NCBI GenBank assembly: GCA_050305635.1
Contig: JBNLFS010000057.1
Coordinates: 11,347-75,346 of the forward strand
DNA from: Candidatus Thiodiazotropha sp.
Lineage (GTDB): Bacteria > Pseudomonadota > Gammaproteobacteria > Chromatiales > Chromatiaceae
Length of the DNA: 64,000 bases
Direction: 5' to 3'
The notes under the pieces are model-generated. The model was not told the origin of the DNA and did no database searches. It saw nothing but the letters and a program-made list of their open reading frames with translations. A program made the position numbers and the translations under genes. Shown in pieces: positions 29,458 to 40,024 of this stretch. Numbering within the stretch: the stretch's first letter is position 1; every line of letters begins with the position of its first letter.

Positions 29458-30021
29458 ATGCTGACCGCGATACTCACCATCACCCTGCTTGCGGCCCTGT
29501 TTGGCCTGCTGCTCGGCTATGCCAACATCCGTTTTCATGTCGAGGGAGATCCGATCACCGACCAGATCGAGAAGATCCTGCCCCAGACCCAGTGCGGCCA
29601 GTGCGGATTTGCCGGCTGCCGCCCCTACGCCGAGGCGATCGCCGGTGGCGAGGCGGAGATCAACCTGTGTCCCCCCGGCGGCGAATCGACCATGATCGCC
29701 CTGGCCGACCTGCTGGGCCGCGACCCGGTCCCGGTCGGCGGGGAAGGCAGCGTGGAAAAACCCAAGGCCATCGCTTTAATCCGGGAGAATGAGTGCATTG
29801 GCTGCACCCTGTGCCTGCAGGCCTGCCCCGTGGATGCGATCATCGGTGCGGCGAAGCAGCTGCATGTGGTCATCGCCAGCGAGTGCACCGGTTGTGAACG
29901 CTGCCTGCCCCCCTGCCCAGTGAACTGTATCGAGATGCAACCGATCAGACAGCATGCAAGCAACTGGCGCTGGCCCTTCCCCCAGACCGGTACGGAAGAG
30001 ATCGCGAGCGGGGCGCACTGA
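29458..30021 (+). CDS. rsxB: Rnf/Rsx subunit B
   Basis: [41 protein letters not shown]. Confidence 0.96.
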   Translation: MLTAILTITLLAALFGLLLGYANIRFHVEGDPITDQIEKILPQTQCGQCGFAGCRPYAEAIAGGEAEINLCPPGGESTMIALADLLGRDPVPVGGEGSVEKPKAIALIRENECIGCTLCLQACPVDAIIGAAKQLHVVIASECTGCERCLPPCPVNCIEMQPIRQHASNWRWPFPQTGTEEIASGAH

Positions 30022-30026
30022 TATCT

Positions 30027-31730
30027 ATGTACGTCGAATCCAAGAAGGGCAAGACCCGGGAACTGTGGCGCTTTCACGGCGGCTTGCATGTGCCCGATCA
30101 CAAGGAAATGTCACTGCACAGCCCTCTGCTGAGCGTCCCCCTGCCAAAGCGCCTGGTGCTGCCGCTGCAGCAACACATCGGCGCCCCGGCCCAGGCCCTG
30201 GTGAAGGTGGGGGAGCGGGTGCTCAAGGGACAGATGATCGCCGACTCCCCGGCCCCGGTGACCGCCCCCCTGCACGCCCCCACCTCGGGCCAGGTGGTGG
30301 AAATCGCGGAACACCCCATCCCGCACCCCTCCGGACTCGCCGATCTGTGTATCGTGATCGAACCCGACGGTCAGGATGAATGGACCACGCTCCCGGAACC
30401 GATTCCTGATTTTCACGCCGCCGCCCCGGACACACTGAGACGGCGCATCCGCGAGGCGGGGATCGTCGGCATGGGGGGCGCCACCTTCCCTTCCGCGGTC
30501 AAGCTCAACCCGGGGAAGCCGATCAAGACCCTGATCATCAACGGCGCGGAATGCGAACCCTACATCACCTGCGACGACCGCCTGATGCAGGACTTCACCG
30601 AAAAGGTGATGAACGGGGTGCGCATCCTGCAACACATGCTGCAGAGCGAAGAGTGCCTGATCGCCATCGAGGACAACAAACCCCAGGCGATCCATGCCAT
30701 GTTTCAGGCCCTGCGCGATGACGAGAACATCGAGGTGGTGCGCATCCCCACCCTCTACCCCAGCGGTGGCGAGAAGCAGCTCATCCATATCCTCACCGGA
30801 CGCGAGGTCCCCACTTCGGGTCTGCCCGCGCAGATCGGGGTGATCTGCCACAACGTGGCCACCGCCGCGGCGATTGCGGATGCGGTACTGGAAGGCCGCC
30901 CCTTGATCTCCCGGCTGGTGACCCTCACCGGTGAGGGCATGCAGCAACCGGGTAACTACCAGGTACCGATCGGCATCCTCGCCCATGATCTGATCGAGCA
31001 GGCCGGCGGCTACCGCAACCAGCCCCGGAAACTGATCATGGGCGGACCGATGATGGGCTTCGACCTGACCACGGACGAGGTGCCCATCACCAAGGGCGCC
31101 AACTGTCTGCTGTGCCCGAGCGAAGCGGAGATGCCGGAGCCGGAACCGGCCCGCGCCTGTATCCGCTGCGGTCGCTGTGCCGATGTCTGTCCGGCGCGCC
31201 TGCTACCTCAACAGATGTATTGGTACAGTCGCGCCAAGGACCTGGAAAAGGCCCAGGACTACAACCTGTTCGACTGTATCGAATGCGGCTGCTGTTCCCA
31301 TGTCTGCCCCTCGCACATCCCGCTGGTGCAGTATTTCCGCTATGCCAAGACCGAAAGCTGGGCCGCGGAGCAGGAGCGCCGGGAGTCCGAGCGGGCCAAG
31401 CGACGGCATGAGTTCCGGGTCGCCCGGCTGGAACGACTCGAAGCGGAGCGCAAGGCGAAACTGCGGCAGAAGAAAGAGGCGCTGGATAAACCGGCGGCCA
31501 AGAAAAAGCCGGCGCCCGCCGGGACCGGTACAGAAAACGACAAGGACGCCAAACAGGCCGCCATCGAGGCCGCCATGAAACGGGCCGCGGAAAAGAAGGC
31601 CCAACAGGCCCAGCAACCCAGGAACACGGATAACCTGACCCCCGACCAGCAACGTCAGATCGAAGCGGTCGATCAACGCCGCAAGGCGGCTGAGTCGAAA
31701 TCCCAGGATCAACCGGAGCAACCCTCCTGA
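30027..31730 (+). CDS. rsxC: Rnf/Rsx subunit C
   Basis: FHGGLH, GIVGMGGATFP, NGAECEPYITCDD, CIRCGRC, CIECGCC; K/A/Q-rich tail. Confidence 0.96.
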   Translation: MYVESKKGKTRELWRFHGGLHVPDHKEMSLHSPLLSVPLPKRLVLPLQQHIGAPAQALVKVGERVLKGQMIADSPAPVTAPLHAPTSGQVVEIAEHPIPHPSGLADLCIVIEPDGQDEWTTLPEPIPDFHAAAPDTLRRRIREAGIVGMGGATFPSAVKLNPGKPIKTLIINGAECEPYITCDDRLMQDFTEKVMNGVRILQHMLQSEECLIAIEDNKPQAIHAMFQALRDDENIEVVRIPTLYPSGGEKQLIHILTGREVPTSGLPAQIGVICHNVATAAAIADAVLEGRPLISRLVTLTGEGMQQPGNYQVPIGILAHDLIEQAGGYRNQPRKLIMGGPMMGFDLTTDEVPITKGANCLLCPSEAEMPEPEPARACIRCGRCADVCPARLLPQQMYWYSRAKDLEKAQDYNLFDCIECGCCSHVCPSHIPLVQYFRYAKTESWAAEQERRESERAKRRHEFRVARLERLEAERKAKLRQKKEALDKPAAKKKPAPAGTGTENDKDAKQAAIEAAMKRAAEKKAQQAQQPRNTDNLTPDQQRQIEAVDQRRKAAESKSQDQPEQPS

Positions 31731-32773
31731 TGGAATTTCATACCCACAGCTCACCCCATACCCAGCGGCCCAACCGGGTCGACCGGGTGATGTTGCAGGT
31801 GGTGCTCGCCCTGCTGCCCGGCACCGCGGCGCTGATCTTCTATTTCGGTTGGGGCGTATTGCTGAACGTACTGCTCGCGGTGGGCTCCGCCCTGGCCTTT
31901 GAGGCCCTGGTGATCCGCCTGCGCAAACGTCCGGTGAAACCGGTTCTGATGGATCTCAGCGCGGTGGTGACCGCGCTGCTGTTCGCGGTGGCGATCCCCC
32001 CGCTGATGCCCTGGTGGCTGGTGGTCCTGGGCATGGCTTTCGCCATCATCATGGTCAAGCAGATGTACGGTGGCCTGGGTTACAACCCGTTCAACCCGGC
32101 CATGGCAGCCTATGTGCTGCTGCTGATCTCTTATCCGGTGGCCATGACCAGCTGGGCGCCTCCCGGTATGCTGGCCGAACACAGTCTGAGTCTGAGCCAG
32201 GTGCTGGCCTACAAATTCGCCGGGGCGCTGCCCACCGGCCTGAGTCTCGATGCAATCACCATGGCGACGCCCCTCGACGTGATGGGTACCAAGCTGGATC
32301 AGAACATCATGATCAGCGAGATCCGCCAGAGTCCGCTATGGGGGGATTTCGGCGGATTGGGCTGGGAGTGGGTCGGCAACTGGTTCCTCATGGGTGGCAT
32401 CTGGATGGTCTACAAACGCACCATCACCTGGCAGATCCCGCTGGCGTTCCTCGCCGGACTGGTCGGCATGGCGGCCCTGTTCTGGCTGTTCGACTCGGAG
32501 CGCTACCCCTTTCCCCTGTTCCATGTGTTCAGCGGCGGAGCCATCCTGGGGGCGTTTTTCATTGCGACCGATCCGGTCACCGCCTGCACCACCCGGGCCG
32601 GACAGCTGATCTATGGCGTCGCGATCGGGGTTCTGGTCTATATCATCCGTACCTGGGGCGGCTATCCGGACGCAGTGGCCTTTGCGGTACTGCTGATGAA
32701 CATGGCGGCACCCACCATCGACTATTACACCCGCCCCCGCACCTATGGGCATGGAGCGATCAAAAATGAATAG
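31730..32773 (+). CDS. rsxD: Rnf/Rsx subunit D
   Basis: SSPH, KQMYGGLGYNPFNPAM, DAITMATPL (FMN-Thr), AFFIATDPVT, WGGYPDAVAFAVLL. Confidence 0.96.
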   Translation: MEFHTHSSPHTQRPNRVDRVMLQVVLALLPGTAALIFYFGWGVLLNVLLAVGSALAFEALVIRLRKRPVKPVLMDLSAVVTALLFAVAIPPLMPWWLVVLGMAFAIIMVKQMYGGLGYNPFNPAMAAYVLLLISYPVAMTSWAPPGMLAEHSLSLSQVLAYKFAGALPTGLSLDAITMATPLDVMGTKLDQNIMISEIRQSPLWGDFGGLGWEWVGNWFLMGGIWMVYKRTITWQIPLAFLAGLVGMAALFWLFDSERYPFPLFHVFSGGAILGAFFIATDPVTACTTRAGQLIYGVAIGVLVYIIRTWGGYPDAVAFAVLLMNMAAPTIDYYTRPRTYGHGAIKNE

Positions 32774-33425
32774 TCGCCGCGCCATCCTGATGGCTTCCGT
32801 GATTCTCGGGGCGTTCGCCATCGCCGGCACGGCCCTGGTCGCCTTCACCCACATGGCCACCGCGGCCCGCATCGAGCACAACGAGCGGGAGGCCCTGCTG
32901 GAGTCGCTGCACGCCCTGGTCCCGGAGGCCAGTGTGGACAACGACATGGTCTCCGATGTCATCGAAATCAGTGACCCGGACTTCCTCGGCAGCCCGCAGA
33001 CCACCGTCTATCGGGGACGCAAGATGCAACAGCCGGTTGCGGCGGTACTCACCACCACGGTGCCCAACGGCTACAGCGGGCCGATCAAGCTGCTGGTGGC
33101 GGTGGGCTATGACGGCACCCTGGGCGGAGTGCGGGTGATCAGCCACAAGGAGACTCCGGGACTCGGAGACAAGATCGAGGAGCGCCGCTCGAACTGGATC
33201 CATAGCTTCACCGGCAAATCCCTGGACAACCCGCCGTTGGAGAAATGGGCGGTGAAGCGCGACGGCGGCGTATTCGATCAGTTCACCGGCGCCACCATCA
33301 CCCCCCGGTCGGTGGTCGAGGCGGTGAAAAAGACCCTGCTCTATGTGCGTGACCACCAGGATGCCCTCTACGACCGGCAAAACCCCACCACCGCAGAAAA
33401 ACCCGAGGGAGGCGCCCATGGCTGA
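32766..33425 (+). CDS. rsxG: Rnf/Rsx subunit G
   Basis: [31 protein letters not shown] (FMN-binding). Confidence 0.95.
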   Translation: MNSRRAILMASVILGAFAIAGTALVAFTHMATAARIEHNEREALLESLHALVPEASVDNDMVSDVIEISDPDFLGSPQTTVYRGRKMQQPVAAVLTTTVPNGYSGPIKLLVAVGYDGTLGGVRVISHKETPGLGDKIEERRSNWIHSFTGKSLDNPPLEKWAVKRDGGVFDQFTGATITPRSVVEAVKKTLLYVRDHQDALYDRQNPTTAEKPEGGAHG

Positions 33426-34110
33426 TCACTCCTACCGGCAGATCGTCACGGACGGTCTGTGGCACAACAACCAGGCTCTGGTCGCCCTGCTCGGCCTGTG
33501 CCCGCTGCTCGCGGTAAGCAATACGGCGATCAACGGCCTCGGCCTGGGTCTCGCCACCACCGTGGTGCTGGTCGCCTCCAACGGTACAGTGTCCCTGATT
33601 CGCAATCTGGTACGACCGGAGGTGCGCCTGCCGGTGTTCGTCATGGTGATCGCTTCCTTCGTCACCGCCATCGAACTCGGTATGAACGCCTATTTTCACG
33701 AACTCTACAAGATTCTCGGTATCTTCATTCCGCTGATCGTCACCAACTGCACCATCATCGGTCGGGCCGAAGCCTTCGCCTCGAAGAACAATTTCAGCCG
33801 CTCGCTCCTCGACGGCCTGAGCATCGGCATCGGCTTTACCCTGGTGCTGATGACCCTGGGTGGGATGCGCGAACTGGTGGGACAGGGCACCCTGTTCGAT
33901 CAGGCGCACCTGATGTTCGGCGATGCCGCGCAGAGCCTGACCCTGAAGATCGAGAATTTTCCCGGCATGCTGGTGGCGATTCTGCCCCCGGGCGCTTTCA
34001 TCGGACTGGGCCTGATGATCACGGCCAAGAATCTGATCGACAAGCGGTTGGCGCAGCGCAAGCGTGCGCAGACCAGCGTGGCCGAGGAACCCCAGGGCGT
34101 GACCGGCTGA
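33418..34110 (+). CDS. rsxE: Rnf/Rsx subunit E
   Basis: [35 protein letters not shown]. Confidence 0.96.
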   Translation: MADHSYRQIVTDGLWHNNQALVALLGLCPLLAVSNTAINGLGLGLATTVVLVASNGTVSLIRNLVRPEVRLPVFVMVIASFVTAIELGMNAYFHELYKILGIFIPLIVTNCTIIGRAEAFASKNNFSRSLLDGLSIGIGFTLVLMTLGGMRELVGQGTLFDQAHLMFGDAAQSLTLKIENFPGMLVAILPPGAFIGLGLMITAKNLIDKRLAQRKRAQTSVAEEPQGVTG

Positions 34111-34138
34111 ACGGAATACCCGCACTGACCTGACACAC

Positions 34139-34870
34139 TTGAGAATCCCGCGCATCCACACCCTGCAGGCCCTGTCACCGGGTCTGTCCCTGACCCTGGA
34201 CGAACTCGCCTCGCACCATGTCCGCCAGGTGCTGAGACTGCGTGCCGGCGACCCGCTGATGCTCTTTACCCCGCTAGGTGAGGAGTATGCCGCCCAGCTC
34301 ACTCGGGTCAGCAAACAGGCGGTCCAGGCCGACATTGGCGAACGCCTGCGTTGCGAACCCGCTCCCGCGCTCGACATCCATCTGATGATCGGTATCTCCC
34401 GGGGGGAACGCATGGATTTTGCCCTGCAGAAGGCCACCGAACTGGGCGTGACGCGCATCACCCCGCTGCTGACCCAGCGCTGCGTGGTCAAGCTGGATGA
34501 GAAAAAGCGCGGCAGCCGCAGGGACCACTGGCACAAGGTGGTGATCAATGCCTGCGAGCAGTCGGGACGCTGCCGTGTGCCCCAGTTCGATGACCCGCAG
34601 GCACTCTCCACAGCGCTGGAGGAAACCCGGCCCGGACACGCCCTGTTGCTCGACCATCGCAGCGAGAGCACCCTGGCAGACCTCAGCAAACCGGACCGCT
34701 CGGTGTCACTCCTGATCGGGCCGGAAGGGGGGCTCGCCCCCGAAGAGCGTGCGCAGGCCCGTGAGCGGGGATTTCAGGGTGTCCGTCTGGGCCCCCGGGT
34801 CCTGCGCACCGAAACCGCGCCCCTGGCAGCCATTGCCGCAATACAGACCCTGTGGGGGGATTTTCGCTGA
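34139..34870 (+). CDS. rsmE: 16S rRNA m3U1498 methyltransferase
   Basis: TTG start; HHVRQVLR, QKATELGV, ACEQSGR, IGPEGGL, LGPRVLRTETA. Confidence 0.95.
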   Translation: MRIPRIHTLQALSPGLSLTLDELASHHVRQVLRLRAGDPLMLFTPLGEEYAAQLTRVSKQAVQADIGERLRCEPAPALDIHLMIGISRGERMDFALQKATELGVTRITPLLTQRCVVKLDEKKRGSRRDHWHKVVINACEQSGRCRVPQFDDPQALSTALEETRPGHALLLDHRSESTLADLSKPDRSVSLLIGPEGGLAPEERAQARERGFQGVRLGPRVLRTETAPLAAIAAIQTLWGDFR

Positions 34871-35026
34871 ATCCGCGTTTGTTCAGATACCCCTCCTGAC
34901 CCTCTGCGTGGGAAAGCATACCGGTTACACGCATCGCCCCAGCTTTGATAGATTCGATTATGCCCGGGTCTGCATTGCCCTGCGGAGGGTGGGAACCAGA
35001 AAGAATACCGATGCCACACAGTCTCC

Positions 35027-35272
35027 GTAGGTCGGGTTAGCTCAGCGTAACCCGACAGGAAGTGGATAGGTTTGTTCGTCGGGTTACGCTGTGCTAACCC
35101 GACTTACCCCCCTGTATTAGGTCTGTGCTGCGCCCTCCCGGGTTACGCGTTGCTTCACCCGGGCTACAAACTTCAAGGGGGGGCAACGTGAGCCTGTGCT
35201 ACCCGGATGAGACGAAGTGGAATCCGGGATGCTGCAGCTGCGTAGCCTGGGTGCAGCGAAGCGGAACCCGGG
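35027..35272. repeat. Cluster of five GTAG-type REP palindromes (families C and B)
   Basis: gtaggtcgggttagctcagcgtaacccgac / gtcgggttacgctgtgctaacccgacttac / cccgggttacgcgttgcttcacccgggctac / acccggatgagacgaagtggaatccggg / gtagcctgggtgcagcgaagcggaacccggg. Confidence 0.8.
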
Positions 35273-35501
35273 GAAAGTCCGCATTGTTATGTTGCAGGGA
35301 GCTCTCTTGCAAGGGGATAGGGAACCCATAAACCAGGATCCCGAGTCAGCGAATAGTTGGGCGCCAGACCCACAACATCATTGTGGAGGGATTGATGAGC
35401 GGCGACTTTTAGACCAATGAGACTGATCCCGGATGCGGCCAGCCATGCATCCAGAGCGACTCACTGAAAAGACCGTCCGAGCGAGAACGCCCGGTGGGGA
35501 T

Positions 35502-35537
35502 CAACCTGACGATGCCTGAAACGGCATCGTCAGGTTG
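35502..35537 (-). terminator. 15-bp perfect stem-loop directly downstream of the cold-shock gene
   Basis: caacctgacgatgcc-tgaaac-ggcatcgtcaggttg; no strong U-tract. Confidence 0.55.
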
Positions 35538-35545
35538 TCATCACA

Positions 35546-35755
35546 TCACAGCGGTGTGACGTTATCGGCCTGAGGCCCTTTCTGGCCTGCTACCTCGGAG
35601 AACTCGACCATTTGACCCTCTTCGAGAGAGCGATGGCCAGAGCCCGCGATGGAGCGAAAATGGACGAACAGGTCCTTACCATTTTCCCGTGCAATGAAGC
35701 CATAACCCTTGGCGCTGTCGAACCACTTCACGGTTCCGGTTTGTCTTTCTGACAT
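35546..35755 (-). CDS. Cold-shock domain protein (CspA family)
   Basis: [15 protein letters not shown] (RNP1), DLFVHF (RNP2), KGPQADNV. Confidence 0.96.
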   Translation of the reverse strand: MSERQTGTVKWFDSAKGYGFIARENGKDLFVHFRSIAGSGHRSLEEGQMVEFSEVAGQKGPQADNVTPL

Positions 35756-35968
35756 CTGTATTTACCTAGATATTAAATTAATGAGATCGCTGACATTCAA
35801 AGCCAGCGTGCAACGCGAACCGTGCAGACATGCTATGGGTTTGATTCAGATGTACCGAAGGGAACAGTGAAGATAACGCGAAATAGATGAGGACTGAGGT
35901 CGTGCTGTAAGCGACACACTACACCCTAAGCAGGGAAGAAACAAGATCTTTATGTAAATACCCGCTAC

Positions 35969-37216
35969 TCAACTGTCGCTGTGGTGGGCAATCACGCCCT
36001 TGTAAACGATCGCGGACACATCCCGGATCACTTTGCTGCGGGAGCGGATCCAGGTGGTGTAGTTCTTCGCGCTGTTCTGCTTTTCGATGACGCCGATCAG
36101 AATGTAGGGATAGCGTTTGCCATCTGCGCCTTTCACACTGAGGATACCCATGTCGCCACACAGCCGGGCGGTGCTGCCGGTTTTGTTGTAGACCTTGGTG
36201 TCTTTCGGCACATCCGGCACGCCGGTGTAGAGGCGGTCGGATCCCGGCAGGGCCATCAGCCGTTTGATTTCATCCGCCCCGGCGATTTCCTGGTTCCACA
36301 GGGCATACAGAAACCGGCTGTAGTCGTGAACCGAGGCCCGGTTCTGGTAGGTTTTGCCGTTTGCCGGTATGTATTCGACCAGCAGGGTGTCCTGGAAGAT
36401 CTCGGGATAGTGCTGTTTGAGCAGTTTCTCCACCGTCTGGGGACCGCCCACCTGGCGAATCACCCAGTTGGTCGAGGCATTGTTCGAATGCTGAATCATG
36501 CGCTGCATGTGGCGTCGGCTTTTCGGCCCATAGACCAGCTTGCCCTCTTTGACCTTTTCGAAAAATGCGGCGGCGATGAAGGGTTTCACCAGGCTTGCGG
36601 CCTGGAACTGCACATCCTCATTGATCGTGACCAGTTTCTGACCGGTGGTGAAGTCGTAAACCGACCAGCCGGTGCGTTCGTCACTCGCAAGTTTGCCGGT
36701 CCGACGCAACCCGTCGATGTAGTCCTCGACGGCCTGCTCCAGGGCATTGACCTTGCTGGAGGGTGTAACAGGACTGTCCAGGCCGGAACGGGCGGAAGCC
36801 GGCTCCGGACTGGCGGAGGTAAGGGTTGTGTCCGGGCGGGTGCGGACGACGATGGGTTCCGGCTGGGTTGATTCCCGGACGGCATTCCAATCCCGCGACG
36901 GGATCGGACTGACTGCATCGAGTCCCTTTTTCTTCAACAGTGCCGAGTGGGATTTGACCACTCTTGCGGTGCTTTCCGCATTACCGTTGCGGCGATAGAT
37001 CAGGCCATACAGATTATCCTGGGAGACCACCACCAGGTTCTGCTCGAAACTCCGACCAAGCACCCGGATGACCTTAGTACGATAATCCTGGACCGCGGGC
37101 AGATTCCCCGACCAGACATAAGATACGTCGAACCCCTCACCGGCCAACAGGGGTGCGGGATTCAGCAGACTGAAACAGACAACCATCAGTGCACAGGCAA
37201 AGGCGTGACTTTTCAT
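35969..37216 (-). CDS. Exported serine hydrolase, class A beta-lactamase-like, with an extra N-terminal domain
   Basis: Signal peptide; AASLVK (SxxK), HSNNAST (SxN), NKTGST (KTG); start uncertain (37240 or 37216). Confidence 0.8.
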   Translation of the reverse strand: MKSHAFACALMVVCFSLLNPAPLLAGEGFDVSYVWSGNLPAVQDYRTKVIRVLGRSFEQNLVVVSQDNLYGLIYRRNGNAESTARVVKSHSALLKKKGLDAVSPIPSRDWNAVRESTQPEPIVVRTRPDTTLTSASPEPASARSGLDSPVTPSSKVNALEQAVEDYIDGLRRTGKLASDERTGWSVYDFTTGQKLVTINEDVQFQAASLVKPFIAAAFFEKVKEGKLVYGPKSRRHMQRMIQHSNNASTNWVIRQVGGPQTVEKLLKQHYPEIFQDTLLVEYIPANGKTYQNRASVHDYSRFLYALWNQEIAGADEIKRLMALPGSDRLYTGVPDVPKDTKVYNKTGSTARLCGDMGILSVKGADGKRYPYILIGVIEKQNSAKNYTTWIRSRSKVIRDVSAIVYKGVIAHHSDS

Positions 37217-37600
37217 GGATATTAACGGTAATTTAAGCAATATTTCAGTATCTTAATCGCCAATTTTATAGTGAATGCTAAAATTTGGACAAGCGCTAAT
37301 TCAGGTCCCGCATGAAAAAAACACAATGACCCGCATACTGCCTGGCCTGTACCCGGCATCACTCCCTGGGAGACCACGGGCGGCGGCATGCACACCGCCG
37401 GTGTCACGATCAATTCATCGGCCGATTCGGCACTTTTTTTATGCTTTTCAACGCCCCGCATATTGGCGATGTGAACGCTGACTGGTTATGATCGTGTGAT
37501 GGGAGCCACCCTACAAGCCCACAGTGGTCGTGCCGCAGATGCATGATCCCGGTCTCCCCGAAAGTCAAAACCGTCACGCCTCGACTGGAAACGCCAAACA

Positions 37601-38221
37601 GTGAAAACACGATTCTTTGCTCGCCTGCTCGGAGTGCTGCTCACGACAGCGACTGTAGCATTCCCCAGCGGCCCCGCATGGGCCGGCAAGTTCTACAAAT
37701 GCTTCAACGAGGATGGAGAACTGGTCTATCAGCAGGTCGCCTGTGACTCGGATGTCAAGCAGGAGACCGTGCATGTCTTCACCGCGCCGGATCAGCACTC
37801 CCAGCTGGGCAGCCCATCGATGGGCAACTCGGAATACATCGCGGAAGGCGTGGAGCCCGCCACCGCCGATCCGCTGCGATTCCAGGCCAGCCTGAGCAGC
37901 GTCATGGCGCAGCTCGGTCCGATCCGGATGGCGGTGCAGCAGTACTACATGATGAACGGGACCTGGCCGGCCGAACCCAAGGACATGGGTTTCAACCAGG
38001 AGAACCTCAAGAGCAGCGACATCAACGAAGTCCTCATGGGAGACCAGGGGGCTATCGTGGTCTGGTTGAACGAGCGTTTCGGCCAGGAAAAACGACTCGT
38101 AATGGCGCCCCGCATGGTGATGGACGGAACCAGCATGGAGTGGCAGTGCCTGGCGAATTTTCCCGCCAGCAGCCTGACCATTGGGGGCGTCCCCCTGTGC
38201 CAATCCCGGGCGACCCGCTGA
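37601..38221 (+). CDS. Exported DUF4124-domain plus pilin-like C-terminal domain protein
   Basis: Signal ending AWA; FYKCFNEDGELVYQQVAC (DUF4124-like); IRMAVQQYYMMNGTWP...GAIVVWL...LVMAP...MEWQC...C (type IV pilin globular-domain pattern). Confidence 0.65.
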   Translation: MKTRFFARLLGVLLTTATVAFPSGPAWAGKFYKCFNEDGELVYQQVACDSDVKQETVHVFTAPDQHSQLGSPSMGNSEYIAEGVEPATADPLRFQASLSSVMAQLGPIRMAVQQYYMMNGTWPAEPKDMGFNQENLKSSDINEVLMGDQGAIVVWLNERFGQEKRLVMAPRMVMDGTSMEWQCLANFPASSLTIGGVPLCQSRATR

Positions 38222-38462
38222 TCCGGCCCTTAGCGCCTTGCAATTCAGCGTCCAGCAGGCTGTTCATAATCAGATCATGGAACGGCGCAGCATTCGTTGT
38301 TCCACCGCTGATCGACAAGTGAGTTTTACAGGCACTCGCCCCGGCAAGACCGCCTGCATGGTGGGGCACCCATGTGAATTGACCCTGCGAATCCACCGCC
38401 ATGCCACACCGCTCAATGAGTGCTGAATATGAAAATTGTTATGTGTATACGCCCCTGACAAC

Positions 38463-39710
38463 ATGCGTCTGACCATCACGGTATTGCTGGGTGGACTTTC
38501 CGTTTTGCTGATCGGCTATGGCCTGCTCGGCACCCTGCTGGGCGTCCGCGCGACCATTGAGCAGCTCTCCAATACGCAAACCGGTCTGGTAATGATGGGA
38601 TATTACCTGGGTTACATCATCGGCACCGTAAGCGGTCCGGGTATCGTGCAGCGTGTCGGTCATATCCGTACCTTTGCGGCATTCGCGGCACTGGGCGCCG
38701 CCACAACCTTGCTGTTCGGCCTGCTGACCGACGCGGCCTGGTGGTTTCTCCTGAGGGTGCTCAACGGCGCGGCCATGGTGGGTCTCTACATGGTGGTGGA
38801 AAGCTGGATCAACGAAAAGACACCGGCCGAATCCCGGGGTCGGGTTTTTGCCGTTTACATGATCACAACCCTCCTCGCCCTGGCCGGTGGCCAGTTCCTG
38901 CTGCTGGTCTATGACCCGGCCAGCCTCGCGCCTTTCGCCCTGGCCTGCGTGCTGATCATCCTGGCCATCATCCCGATCGCGGTGACCCGGGTTGCGGAAC
39001 CGGCCATCGACACCCATCCCCACCTGCCGCTTCAGCAACTGTTCAGGCTTTCCCCTCTGGGCGTGGCCGGCGTGCTCACCGCAGGGATGGTGAACGGCGC
39101 GTTCTGGGGGATGACCCCGGTTTTCGGTGCGCGTCTAGACATGGCGGCGGGAGATATTGCCGGATTAATGAGTGCGACCATCGTCGGCGGCGCCCTGCTG
39201 CAATTGCCCATTGGCCACTTATCGGATCGTCACGACCGGCGCCGGGTGTTGATCCTGGTCTGCCTGGCGGCGGCACTCACGGCACTGACCGCGGGACTCA
39301 CGGTTCAGGCGCAATGGCCGGGATTGAACCTGATCGCTTTTGTCTATGGAGGTCTGATGTTTTCGGTGTACGCGATCAGCGTCGCGCATACCAATGATCA
39401 TCTGCAGCCCGGGCAGGTATTGGGTGCAACCCGGGGACTGTTGCTGCTGTACGGACTGGGCGCCCTGGCGGGACCGTCAGCCGGTGGCTGGATCATGGAT
39501 CGCTACAACGCGGTGGGGCTGCCCTACTTTTCTGCCTTCATGCTGTTTCTGTTGGTCTGTTACGGACTCTACCGTATGACACAGCGCGACGCGCCTCCCC
39601 TGGAGGAACAGGCCGAGTTCGTACCCCTGGCGCGAACCAGTCCGGTGGTCATCGAGATGCATCCGCTGGTGGATGGCGAATCGGCGGAGAGCGATTCCCC
39701 CCCACCCTAA
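38463..39710 (+). CDS. MFS transporter (YcaD-like)
   Basis: 12-TM profile; VGHIRTFAAF, VVESWIN, RGRVFAVY, QLPIGHLSDRHDRR, VAHTND. Confidence 0.9.
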   Translation: MRLTITVLLGGLSVLLIGYGLLGTLLGVRATIEQLSNTQTGLVMMGYYLGYIIGTVSGPGIVQRVGHIRTFAAFAALGAATTLLFGLLTDAAWWFLLRVLNGAAMVGLYMVVESWINEKTPAESRGRVFAVYMITTLLALAGGQFLLLVYDPASLAPFALACVLIILAIIPIAVTRVAEPAIDTHPHLPLQQLFRLSPLGVAGVLTAGMVNGAFWGMTPVFGARLDMAAGDIAGLMSATIVGGALLQLPIGHLSDRHDRRRVLILVCLAAALTALTAGLTVQAQWPGLNLIAFVYGGLMFSVYAISVAHTNDHLQPGQVLGATRGLLLLYGLGALAGPSAGGWIMDRYNAVGLPYFSAFMLFLLVCYGLYRMTQRDAPPLEEQAEFVPLARTSPVVIEMHPLVDGESAESDSPPP

Positions 39711-40024
39711 TCTGCGGGATGTTATGGGATATTCCACTGCGGAAACACCACTCTGATTTCACCGCCCCTCCATCAGCCCGGCTTACACCCGATGATTGCC
39801 TGAACCGTATCGGGATGGCAGTATTGCAGGTGGACGTGCCGGAATGGGAGCCCGGCCTTTGCAAAGACCGGATAACGCTGCGGCAGGCTGGGCGTATCGT
39901 CCTCATACTACGGATTTAAAATCACCCGAATTCTCCGATCGACGGCACTTTGTGTTGGCGATCGCGGTACTGGAGCGTTTTGAATACTGTCAATTTCCAA
40001 CCGGTCGGATAGGGGCCATTGCGC

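Noticed and set aside
35027-35272. Possible CRISPR array
   Set aside because: Repeats alternate in orientation, are non-identical and irregularly spaced, and there are no cas genes; these are REPs
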